In this document: piece by piece, positions 1-11,084 of the stretch
Numbering within the stretch: position 1 is the first letter of the stretch
How the letters are laid out: every line of letters begins with the position of its first letter
Assembly (NCBI RefSeq): GCF_006345805.1
Contig: NC_043013.1
Location: forward strand, 27,652,001 to 27,716,000
Direction: 5' to 3'
DNA length: 64,000 nt
From: Octopus sinensis
Lineage: Eukaryota
The notes under the pieces: model-generated
The model's database searches: none
What the model saw: only the letters and a program-made list of their open reading frames with translations
Told to the model about the DNA's origin: nothing
Program-made: the position numbers and the translations under genes

Positions 1-623
1 AAAAAGCACCCACTACACTCGCGGAGTGGTTGGCGTTAGGAAGGGCATCCAGCTGTAGAAACACTGCCAGATCAGACTGGAGCCTGGTGCAGCCCCTAGC
101 TTCCCAGACCCCGGTCGAACCGTCCAACCCGTGCTAGTGCGGAAAACGGACGTTAAACGATGATGATGATGATGATATATATATATAAGCACCATTCAAG
201 TGTGATTGTTACCAGCGTCGCCTTACTTGCACTTGTGCCCCGTGCTAGTAGGGTGCTAAGAGCACCATCCGAGCATGATCATTGCCAGAGCAGCTAACTG
301 GTTTCCATGCTGGTGGCATGTAAAAGCACCATTCGAGCGGGATCGTTACTAGCATCGCCTTACTGGCCCCTGTGCCGGTGGCATGTGTAAAAAGATTCGA
401 GCGAGATCATTGCCAGTACCGCCTGACTGGCCCCCGTGCTGGTGGCACAGAAAAGCACCCACTACACTCTCGGAGTGGTTGGTGTTAGGAAGGACATCCA
501 GCTGTAGAAACTCTGCCAGATCAAGACGGGAGCCTGGTGCAGCCATCTGATTCGCCAGCCCTCAGTCAAACCGCCCAACCCATGCTAGCATGGTAAATGG
601 ATGTTAAACGATGATGATGATGA

Positions 624-627
<4 letters not shown>
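1..627 (+). mobile_element. Two tandem SINE copies (GGAAGGGCATCCAGCTGTAGAA core, (GAT)n tail), the second with internal ~60-bp subrepeats
   Basis: AAAAGCACCCACTACACTC..GGAGTGGTTGG..TTAGGAAGG(G/A)CATCCAGCTGTAGAA..GTTAAACGATGATGAT is seen at 1-175 and ~450-627. The same element recurs at ~21340, ~53470, ~56450 and inverted at ~6305 and ~38690. Confidence 0.85.
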
Positions 628-664
<37 letters not shown>

Positions 665-1033
665 TCTATACATAAACATATATCGATGTATATATCTATA
701 TATATATACATATATTGATGTATATATCTATATATAGAACTTCGTTTCACAACTCAACAACAACATAAACTTCACTAACTCTTTTCACATGAATGTTTTA
801 CTGGTACTCCCATGAAAAAACAGAACTGACGTCAAAACTATATTCACTTGAAATGTTACGTTCTTTTTCTCTTATTTCGAAAGGTGTGGCACATTGTAAA
901 GACGTAGGAACAGAAAGAAGTGGTCAATAAACGAGAGAAATATTTGGACATAGCTCTGTATAGAAGTTTCATGGCAAATTTTTGAATGACAGCATATTGT
1001 ATGGGTGAACAATGAGAACAATAAAAAAAAACC

Positions 1034-1300
1034 TGTTAGAAACATTTACCTAAGTTAATAGCAAGTTCCATTCTTAGGTTTTTAACCAACAAACTACCAA
1101 AATGACACCTTACGACTTCTTGCATTTAATGCCTAATCTCTCTCCCTATCTCACGCAGACTGTTACTATTTATAGTCGTTTCGTCAATCTAGTCTTGCAG
1201 GGTGTGTCACGACGCTCGTCATATCTCCTCTTTTGAAATTTTGACTACCACAGGAAACAAAATTTATTTTATTTTGATTTTTTTTTTTCTCTTTCTAACA
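1034..1300 (-). repeat. 3' LTR of the Gypsy element
   Basis: Bounded by 9-bp inverted termini TGTTAGAAA (1034) / TTTCTAACA (1300). On the - strand it directly follows a polypurine tract AAGAAAAGGGGGAGG (1301-1315) and contains TATAAA (~1168-1173) and ATTAAA (1125-1130). Confidence 0.75.
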
Positions 1301-4171
1301 CCTCCCCCTTTTCTTGAGATTTTGATTCCCTAGGGAGTTCAATACCTTTTCTGCTTAAGAATTATTTCAAAATGTTCAGTCTGTTTATGTATTTTATTAC
1401 TGCTCTTTCTAGGCTCGATCTCTTTTGGCACTGTCACAACGAACATGTAAAACGCTTCCATTGGAATTTCCTTCCTTTCTTCCATATGTCTAGTTTTTAA
1501 TTGATTTAAGTGTTGTTTATACTCCCATCGTTGGCCTTTTATTAAGTACATCATGTTTCCACTTTTTGTAGTCACTCTGCCATCCACCCAACCTTCTTTA
1601 CTGTTCTTGTATATTTTGAAATGGATTTTGTCTCCCACATCAAAATGTTTTGTTGAATTTTTTTTTGTATTTTCTTCATGTTAACAATTCTTTGAAGATA
1701 GAGTTTATCTCCCAAGTGAACATTAGCTCTGCAGGTGACTTGCCTGAACTGGTATTTGGATTGGGTGTTATTCTGTATACCCATTGTCCAATACTATGGT
1801 GTCCGGAACACTGTATCAAGCAAAAAGTTTGTGCAGGAATTTTATTATTGCCTTTGAGGTTGGTTGACTGCACCGACATACTTCCAGCCCCTTGGTAAAG
1901 CTATCAACAATGATCAAGTGGTACATGTCATTCATTGGTCCAACATAATCTGTATGTACCCTGGACCATGGACTATCAGTCTCAGGCCATGATTAGTATT
2001 GCACTGGTGATGCCTTGGCTGCTAGTGCACAACCTCTACATGATTTCACCAAACTTTCAATGTCCCAATCCATTGTCAGCCAAAACGTGTAACTCCTCAT
2101 CAAAGCTTTCATTCTTGACATTCCCAGCTGTCCACTTTGAAATTCATGTAAAACATGTTTCTTTGTGCATACATTAATACATTGTTGCAGAGTGAAAAAG
2201 GGGTTCACATTGGTGTTTCTCTTTTGTTAATTTTTCAAGGTCTCCTTCATTTTTATGATGCATTTGTCCTTCATTGATTTACTTTTTATATCTTGTACAG
2301 TCACTGACAGCTCCTGAATAACATTACGTAGAATGTTTTTAATTTCCTTTTCTGACTGTAATGTGGCTATCACTGTATATCCCAGCTGTTCCGCATTCTT
2401 CGGAATTAGCCTAGATAAACAATCTGCATGGCCAATTTTCTTAGAAGGAATGTACTCCATCTTTAATTCATAATTCAGCAATATTGTAGACCAACACTGC
2501 AATCTATCTGCAGTGTGGGTAGGAATCCCTTTCTTTGACCCAAAAATTGATAAAAATGGTCGGTGATCAGTTTCTAGCCTAAAACTTCTACAGTGCAAAA
2601 ATCAGTGAAATTTCTTCACAGCAAAAATAATCGCAAGAGCTTCTTTTTCTATTTGACTGTAGTTTTCCTCTACGGCTATCAAAGAACATGAAAAATGAAC
2701 TACTGTATTCACATTACCGTCTTTATATTTGTGTAGCATTACTGCTCCTATGCTACACTCAAAAGTGTCGGACATTAAAATAAGTTCTGCTGCAGGATCA
2801 ATATTAATATTTTTTTTAATATTGTCAAACGTGTTTTGACAATTATTTGATCAATTCCACTTCACATCCTTTTATAGCTCATTCTTCAGTGGAGCTCTCA
2901 AGTTATACAGATTTGATGTGTAATTTTGATAATTTACTTGACCTAAAAAGCTTGTAAGGTCGTTATATTAGTCAGAGGAGGTATATTTTTAATTGTGTCT
3001 GCCCTCGATGGGTCTGGTCATCTTCCATTTTTATCAATAATTTGTCCTAAATCCTTCTGTTTTATTTATAAAGTCCTTAATGCATATTCACTGTTAGAAA
3101 TTTCAAGCACTTCTTGTCTACCTTAATTTGAAGGTACACATTGGACAGATCCAGTTCCGAAAATATCTTGCCACCGTTTAATTTTGCAAAAATATCTTCC
3201 GGAGTAGGTAGAGAATAGTGGCACATTTTTAGACACTTAATCAAACCAGTAGAAAAATCAGCACACACCCTGATTTTGTTGCTCAGTTTTTTAATACACA
3301 CCATTGGTGCTGCCCATTTAGAATAATCCACTTTTTGAATAATTCTAATTTTCTCTAGTCTGTGTAATCCTTCATCTACCTGTTTTATCACAGTAAAAGG
3401 TACCCTTCTATTGGGTTTGAACACAGGTATGGCATTTTCATTTATTTGAAAACACGCCTCAGATACCTAATTTATCTGACAGTTTGATTTTTTCTTCAAT
3501 TCATCTGATGAGTTATTTTTACTGGTGGATCAGCCATTAATTTTTCTACAGTAGACTTATGGGGAGGTCCCCATAAGTCAAACAACTCTATCCAGTCCGT
3601 ACCGAACAGAATGGTTGCATTTTATAACACGAAAACTTTTACTCTACAGATTTTACCACAAAATGTAATATTGCTCAACATTTCACCTATGAAGTGTAGT
3701 TTATCACCTGTCACACCTTGTGCAATTTTCGAGGTTTTTCTTAATGTAGGTTTCCCAATTCTTTTCCACATGTCAGTATCAATAATTGAGATGTTGCTAG
3801 TAGTATCTAGTTGTAATTTAAGATTCATTTCATTTACTTTTACATGTACAAATTTCCTCTTTTTCGTGTTGTTTCTACTTTCCATTGAGAAAACTAGAAT
3901 TTTTTTTATGTTCAACCCTCCTAATTTTGCTCTGCAATGTGAGCTCTTGTGTCCTACTTGTTGGCAGCTGTAACATTTCCATGTTTAGAAAGGACATCCG
4001 TAGCATGGGTTTGGTCGTTTTTGTTTATTCCTTCCCAGTTGACAAAATTTTCATCCTTGTTTTTAACTAGATTCCAATGCTCCCATTGAGTAATAAATAG
4101 GGAACTCTTATCACTGAACATTTTTGATAGTAATTCAACTGTTTTCTGGAAACAAATTTCACTAGTTTCCA
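1034..4171 (-). mobile_element. Degenerate Ty3/Gypsy LTR retrotransposon (gag remnant, PR, RT, RNase H, integrase); 5' end missing
   Basis: Frameshifted - strand ORFs: protease LQLDTTSNISII, RT WAAPMVCIKK..IRVCADFSTGL..YSLPTPEDIFAKLNGGKIFSELDLS, RNase H LETDHRPFLSIFGSKKGIP..HADCLSRL, integrase LHE..GMSRMKALMRSY..CRGC and YRITPN..GKSPAEL. The domain order is Gypsy-type. Confidence 0.9.
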
Positions 4172-5600
4172 ATATACTGAAATTGTTTTATTTGGTATTG
4201 ACTAAGAATTTTCCAAAAATAGTAGATACTATAGAATTTTTAACAAAAATCAGATTAGATTAGCTTTCTGTAATAGCAAAAATCTAGTACAAATTATAGC
4301 TGCACACAACGATAGTAAATTTAAAAGTTTCGATATGAGTAGTAGCAATAATAGTAACCAGAATTATAATTATGGATCAATAAATAGCAACAATGTCAAC
4401 ATGAGCAGACAAACTGTGGGTGATACAGCTGGGTATCAGGATAGGAACTATGGTTTGACAACCTATGGAGTTAATGAAACCCAATGGAGCTCCACAGTTG
4501 GCCTGGAAGTAGTGGATAGGAATCTTAAAGGGTAAAGTACTCACAATGTTGTCTACATGGAGAAGAATAATATCTTAGAAAATAGACAGGAGAATATAAA
4601 AATCACATCTATAGCAGGTAAAGTGGATGATAGTGATGAAATACTATAACTATTAGTTACGATTGTGCAAAGTACAGAGTCTGTCCGCTTGGCTCTGATT
4701 GTAAGTATAAAAATATTGTATACTGATGTAAGATTACCTCAGAGAATAGAGAATATTTATATATAGGAGCTAGATCATGTTATATTAAGCAGAGAATTGT
4801 CAATCATGTAAGTTCATTTAGAAATAGGAACAAAATGAATACTACCAGCCTTAGTAAGTTAATTTGGGCACTTAAAGATAATAAATTCTTCTCAATTGCA
4901 TGAGAAATTATAAGTAAAGCAAAACCTTATAGAATAGATGATAATAGATGTAACCTTTGTATGGAGGAAAAGTACCAAATTTTATTTTTTAAACATACCA
5001 TTGTAAACACTAGCCTGGTACAGGTTATGAGAAGACCACTTTGGATTAAATATGCATTTAAATGATTTAAAGAAACATAAATTACCATCTATAGTAATTG
5101 TACTAGTTAACATAATGAATGTGATATTTAATGATAATATTGCAAATAATAGTAAAATAATTTTAGTAATAATAACAACAATGTTAATTGAGGGTATAAA
5201 CCCAAACATAAGTGAATTACCTCTGAATAAATAATGTACTCCATACAGTAAAATGCAAACAAAACTGCTACAATTGATTGTAATATGAATGAACATTATA
5301 TAAACCATGGTTCAACCGTAATACCAGTAGAGGTGGTTAAGGACCAGAATTCAATTTGATTTAAAAAGTAACACTATAACCTTCAACTTAATACTAATAC
5401 AAGAAGCTTGTTTGAATTAGTTCACTTTGAAAATGTCGTAACTGATGGGCCCTTGATGAAATTGCAGCGACTAGGATGCATAATTGCATATGGAGCAGTG
5501 TGTAGTTGCTGCAACTGAAACATTGGTCATTGTAATATATATGCTGTAGAAAACTTCTTTAATAAAAAGTTTTGGATGGGAATAAATCTCCACCCTCCTT
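4172..5600 (+). mobile_element. Penelope-like element 3' fragment (RT thumb, linker, GIY-YIG endonuclease, 3' terminal region), pseudogenised
   Basis: Manual translation of ~4195-4320 gives ID*EFSKNSRYYRIFNKNQIRLAFCNSKNLVQIIAAHN. One frame over 4661-4993 gives DCAKYRVCPLGSDCKYKNIVY*CKITSENREYLYIGARSCYIKQRIVNHVSSF..TSLSKLIWALK..IA*EIISKAKPY..CNLCMEEKYQI, which fits the Penelope GIY-YIG pattern. It is absent from the ORF track because of the stops. Confidence 0.8.
5445..5532 (+). ncRNA. Degenerate hammerhead-ribozyme-like motif at the Penelope 3' end
   Basis: TTGATGA (5453-5459), a 12-bp stem TTGCAGCGACTA/TAGTTGCTGCAA (5462-5473/5503-5514), GAAA (5517-5520), then CATTGGTC. The core has C3->U, so it is probably inactive. 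Confidence 0.5.
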
Positions 5601-5633
5601 TTCGTTTTTAATTATATTAATTAATTATATTAA

Positions 5634-6035
5634 AGGAGTGGCTGTGTGGTAAGTAGCTTGCTAACCAACCACATGGTTCCAGGTTCAGTCCCACTGCGTG
5701 GCATCTTGGGCAAGTGTCTTCTGCTATAGCCCTGGGCCGACCAATGCCTTGTGAGTGGATTTGGTAGACAGAAACTGAAAGAAGGCTGTCGTATATATGT
5801 ATATATATATAAGTGTGTGTGTATATGTTTGTGTGTCTGTGTTTGTTCCCCCCCCCATGCATTGCTTGACAACCGATGCTGGTGTGTTTATGTCCCTGTC
5901 ACTTAGCGGTTCGGCAAAAGAGACCGATAGAATAAGTACTGGGCTTACAAAGAATAAGTCCCGGGGTCGATTTGCTTGACTAAAGGCGGTGCTCCAGCAT
6001 GGCCGCAGTCAAATGACTGAAACAAGTATAAGAGA
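5634..6035 (+). mobile_element. tRNA-headed SINE with CORE-like CTTGGGCAAGT segment and internal microsatellite
   Basis: A-box-like TGGCTGTGTGGTAAG and B-box-like GGTTCAGTCCC. Related copies lie at ~22175, ~56800, ~59580, ~61625 and inverted at ~18860 and ~34670. Confidence 0.8.
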
Positions 6036-6706
6036 GTATATCATCATTGTTTAACGTCCACTTTCCATGCTGGCATGGATTGGACGGTTTGACTGAGGAC
6101 TGGCAAGTCAGATGGCTGCACCAGGCTCCAATCTGATCTGGCAGATATATATCAAAGCATATATTATTATTTTGATTAATCTTACTGATTGGTTTCACAC
6201 CAGGGGCTGAAAAGAATGTTATGTAACAGCTTGATTATGTAACCCTGTACTCTTCAGAAATCACAATTATAGAAGAGTTCCTAGGTGGATGGATATATAT
6301 ATATCATCATCATCGTCGTCATTTAGCGTCCGCTTTCCATGCTAGCATGGGTTGGACGGTTCAACTGGGGTCTGTGAAGCCAGAAGGCTGCATCAGGCCC
6401 AGTCTGATCTGGCAGTGTTTCTACGGCTGGATGCCCTTCCTAACGCCAACCACTCCGTGAGTGTAGTGGGTGCCACGGACGGATGGTGGTTTTTACGTGC
6501 CACCGGCACGGGGGCCATAAACATATATGTATATCCACACACAGCTACACATACATATGTATACACTCGTATACATACACATTTTTCCAAAGGGTGCCAC
6601 ACCTAAGGAATTCTTTGATCGTCAGATTTTAAAGTCTTACAATCGCCAAGATAATCCCAGCATAATCGTAATCTACACCATCTGAAACGCATTTGTTGGA
6701 AATGTA

Positions 6707-6737
<31 letters not shown>

Positions 6738-7749
6738 TAAAAAAACCCCCAGTTCTTCGAAAGTTATGGGGAAATAAATCCGTGTATGAATTATCTGAAG
6801 CTCTTCTTTCCCCTACAAAAATTTTTTTCGCCACAAATTTTGATATAACCCTAATTAACATCAGCGAAAATGTATTTCAGAAAGCTATGAGAAAACACAG
6901 TTGGAGTGAGTGGGACACACAGCTGAAGTTAAGTCCAAAACTGCTGTCTGCTGTCTACAATAATAGATATCACTGCAACAGCTTCAATATAAACTACTAA
7001 ACTTCAAATTTAAATGTTCTGCAAGAAAAGAGTAGTCATTAAAAAAAAAAAAATTGTTTCAATGTTGGAACACAGTCATAAAATTAGAGCAAAAAAAAAG
7101 TTGCGTATGTCAAAGCGTCGTTAAAAGAACGTATTAAGCAGGGAGAGAAAGGGGGAGGGGAGGAGAGCAAGCACCCTTTATCGGTGATTAATAAATTATA
7201 GACATTTGAGAAAACAGCTAAGAAGCCGTCTGGATATCAACCCGCCTTAGACCGACTTTAATTCTAGGATTAAAAGAAAATAAAGGACCGACGAATTCCA
7301 ACAGTTTCGTGGTTCGCTACCTCAACAGCTCCTTTATAGGATCCAGTGGCTAAGGACATCATCAGGAGGAACCACGTCCCTGTTTCGGCCCCTACTCCTC
7401 TACCGTTTTTAACGTCGTGCCGCCACCTTTAGGATGTATCTTCAGCGCTGGTGTCGAGTGCGTTTTTTTGCCCTTTTCTTTGGTTTCTTCGATGCAACGT
7501 CAACGAATGTCAGCGGACGACGACCACCCTACCAAATTTCCCTTTAGATACTTGCCGGTAGGCTCCGGCAAACTGCCAAGTAACATGTTCGTATTTACCT
7601 TTAAACTCCCCATCATCACTATATGTAAGAAACTATTCTTATATTTGTTTTAAATCTCTGTCCTTTATAGGATTGCCACATTCTGTTGGCATATTTACAT
7701 TAATATGTTCTTATATTCAAAAGTGTTAAATAATGGAGAAGTCAGTTTA

Positions 7750-9250
7750 CTAAATTTTCTAAATAAATAATGGTCTGCCTTACAGCATCCACAAAATTGA
7801 GTAAAATTAATCAAAAGGGTATTTTGGTAATCGGAAAACAAAACATGTTTGCTTCCAATAAATAAATTTTAGTGGAATCGTTGAGGAAAATTGGTGTTTT
7901 TAATGATTTTTTTTCTGTAGCTGAGTTGATTTCATTAATCATGCTAATGATATAAATTTAACTTCTGATAAACGTTTTCTTTTCTAGTGATTCTATATAC
8001 GAACAGGTCATGAAACTGTTTTTCTAAATAACAGGAATTGGTATTCCTTAAGCCCCACCTTTAAATAAAAAAATCTATTTCTTTAAAGTGGCCCAATTTG
8101 ACACATGAAATAGAATTATATCGAGCCCCAGTACTTAATATTTGATCTCTTGACCTCGGCGGGATCTGAACTAAGAAAGTTTTAAAATATCCCGCAAGCT
8201 TACATACATCCAAACAATTTTATCAAAACACAAGACCACATTTAAATGTATATGGAAAACTTTTTTTCAAACAAGCAGCTATGGGGAAGTTTTTTTTAAA
8301 AAATCATCCCAATGCACAAAAACCCACCAGATTCATATATATTTAATTATAATTTGTTGCATTCATTGTTGGAATTAATTAAACAAGAAAAACTGGTTAA
8401 AAACTTGCATCAAAACTTCCCAAGCTTCTAGCATTGTTTTAAGAGTATACAGTATCACAACTTTAGAAAACTCAACTGTAGTTGAATCTTGTTCGAGTTT
8501 CAGTTTAAATTTCATTAGGAGTTAAGCAAGGCAGCTTTCTTGGGCCAATACTTTTTGTAATTTATTGTATTTAGTGACATAAAAGACGTAATTAAAAATG
8601 TTTCAAAAGAAAAAAACATTTCGTGTTCTATGTGCAAAGTTGGGCTTGAATGGGCTAATCTTATTCTTGAAAGCACTTGTTCGTCTTTTATACGGTATAT
8701 AAAAGACTTGTGAAAGGTAATTCGCTTTTCTTCTTGTACGTTGATAATGCAGACAAATCTAGCCAGTAATTATCTAAATTTTTATTTCCAACGGGAGTTT
8801 TTGTGGAGTTAAAAGAAATGCAGCTGTCACTCGCTATTTAAAAATGTTCGGTTCAGAAAATTTGAATACCAAAATACTCCTTGAATGGGACCGAAATTCC
8901 TAAAGTTTCAAATATCTCCGACCGGAGAACTATGCTCATGTTGCTTCCAAAAGTTTTTAAATAAAAAGTTTAATCTGAAAAATTTTTCATTCAGAAACTT
9001 TTTGTTGAAAATATTTAAAACGATGTCCACCCTCAAACTGATTATGCCGTAGAAATTATCTGTTGGGACCCTTCTAAAAATATATTGACCACGTGTGAGA
9101 GTAATGTATTTTTACTAAAAAGTTATTTTAGACTTAACGATTTTTTTTCGGCAGAGTCTTGGAATAGACTTCGCTACATTATGGGGAAGAAAAGTGGCAA
9201 GGGATTGAAGTATTTTCCTCGCCTTCTTTATCTATTAGTATTCCTCTATT
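7750..9250 (+). mobile_element. Highly degenerate CR1/L2-type LINE ORF2 remnant
   Basis: Collinear motif remnants: FNDFFSV (~7900), IIPMHK (~8305), GVKQGSFLGPILFVIY (8518-8565), LYVDN (~8735, YADD position), VHPQTDYA..WDP (~9025-9072). Confidence 0.6.
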
Positions 9251-10881
9251 TCATACAACAGAAATTACGATTCTGAACAATTTTGTTTTTTCCATTTTTG
9301 TTCCCCTAAATCTGTGCCTTTTTCCTTCGTCATAAGGTTAGTCATAGTTATTGTAAAACTCCGCCAACATCTTTTTCTTTAGCCTAGAAAAGTCTTTTTT
9401 AGGCCAAAGAAAACTTGAGTCTCTTAAATTTAGTGAATAATTCTTTAAACAATTTTTCATAACTGCAAATTCTAATACAAGATATCATTCCAAAGATTTT
9501 TATTGTACACAAATCAATTCCATATGTATATATATAAATACAATGGACCCAATATGAACAAAACTATTAGATCATCTGGAAAAGGAAAATGTTTTCAAGT
9601 ATTTTCCACAAGGATTTAGATAATAGTACAACTCTTGGGAATTTTCTTAAGGTAGGGCTCGATAAGTACAAATGTTGGTCATGCCTTTCCTTTTACTGTT
9701 TTTAAATATCTTGTTAAAATTATAGCCAATTAAAATCCAATTTAATTTCACTGGTTTCAGTCAGTAAAATAATATTGAAATAGAATTGTTGTTTATTAAT
9801 TCTTATGTTTATTTTATATAGTTTGAAATTTCCTATAGTGATTATCTCATCATGCATAATAATGTTCAAAGTAAATAAACTTATCTTCTCAAGTATTTGA
9901 TTAATTTAAAAATTCAATGAAACACTCGGATAATGTTTTAATCGTAATATGCTTATGAAGGAACACAAAGAAGAAAATAAAGGTTATAACAACATATGTC
10001 AACGAACTGAAGATTAATACAACTTTGATGGAATCAGAATAAAAGACAGAAAGATCGTGGAATAACAAAAAGAAGATAATGCATAAATGAAGTCTATGGG
10101 TCGAGAATAATACGCTCGGACCTTTCGACAGCTCCTTATAAGAGACAATTCTGGCTGCTTAATTATTACCATTGTGAGGATTTAGTGTAGATGAATGAAG
10201 TCAGATTTTGCCGAATCTGACCTTTCAAGTCATAATGTGTTGTTGTACCGCTATATTAACAACGTGGCTGGAAGAAAACACCGTACAAAGTTAGATTTAA
10301 AGTAACTAAGGTAGTTCCATGGTTAATGCCACAGCAAAGACTTCTTTCTCGTCACTGAGACATTCTATTCTCATTGAAGAATTATCAATTTTATATCTAG
10401 TGGTATAATGTATTCTAAGACTAGCGAATCCTAATGCAACTGTCATCTAAGCGTGCATGTAAATTTTGACACTAATAAGCAATTTTCTTTTTCAAGTACC
10501 TAAAGTATTCTGAAATAACATTCACTTGTAATATTAAACATTGAAAGAAGTTGAAACTGTGTCCTTAAAATTAACAAAAACTACAAGCAAAAACAATTAA
10601 GGTAATTAGCGCGAAATTTAAGTTGGAGGAAAAATGAAAATTGAAATTTCAAAGAATTTTTCTAGAAGCAAATCCATAAATAAAGAGAGGAAATAAAGAT
10701 GATTAGTTCCAGGCTTATAATAGCTTATCAAAAACAAGCCCTGTAATATTTTAGAAAACTCCTTACTGTTATTCAGTCTGAATTTAATGTTTCATATTAA
10801 CATATCTTACAAGTTTCAAACATACTTAACGTATAGGCGCAGATAAGTTTACAACATTTAAGTAAATAAATGAATACTTAC

Positions 10882-11084
10882 TTTCGTCCAAACCGATCGA
10901 CAGCTTGGATAAAGAAATACCGCACTGGTAATGTGGCATTTGCTCTTAAACCAATTCCCCAGACTAAAGTCTTGTTTCTGTCTACATTTGTTTTCGAAAC
11001 GGCATCGACACATAACAAGTCTGAATTAAAAATAGCGAGGAAACAAGACAGAAAAATCTTGAAATAAAATATTTTCCCGATCAT
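10882..11084 (-). CDS. KDELC1: KDEL motif-containing protein / protein O-glucosyltransferase 2/3-like, first coding exon (remaining exons not found in this window)
   Basis: MIGKIFYFKIFLSCFLAIF (signal-peptide-like) ..KTLVWGIGLRANATLPVRYFFIQAVDRFGRK resembles the filamin-repeat start of KDELC1/2 (WGPGL.A..VLPARYFYIQAVD..G). It ends at a GTAAGT donor (10881-10876). An alternative in-frame ATG lies at 11147. Confidence 0.8.

Noticed and set aside
190-455. Regularly spaced repeats resembling a CRISPR array
   Set aside because: The context is eukaryotic, the units are wholly repeated with no unique spacers, there are no cas genes, and the array belongs to a SINE.
10198-10222. Hairpin GTCAGATT-TTGCCG-AATCTGAC
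   Set aside because: An isolated 8-bp stem with no ribozyme or other motif context.
1-10870. Search for KDELC exon 2 (expected ..DR.DGSFIVRY..)
   Set aside because: No such exon recognised by eye. It probably lies beyond the window start, though a diverged exon could have been missed.
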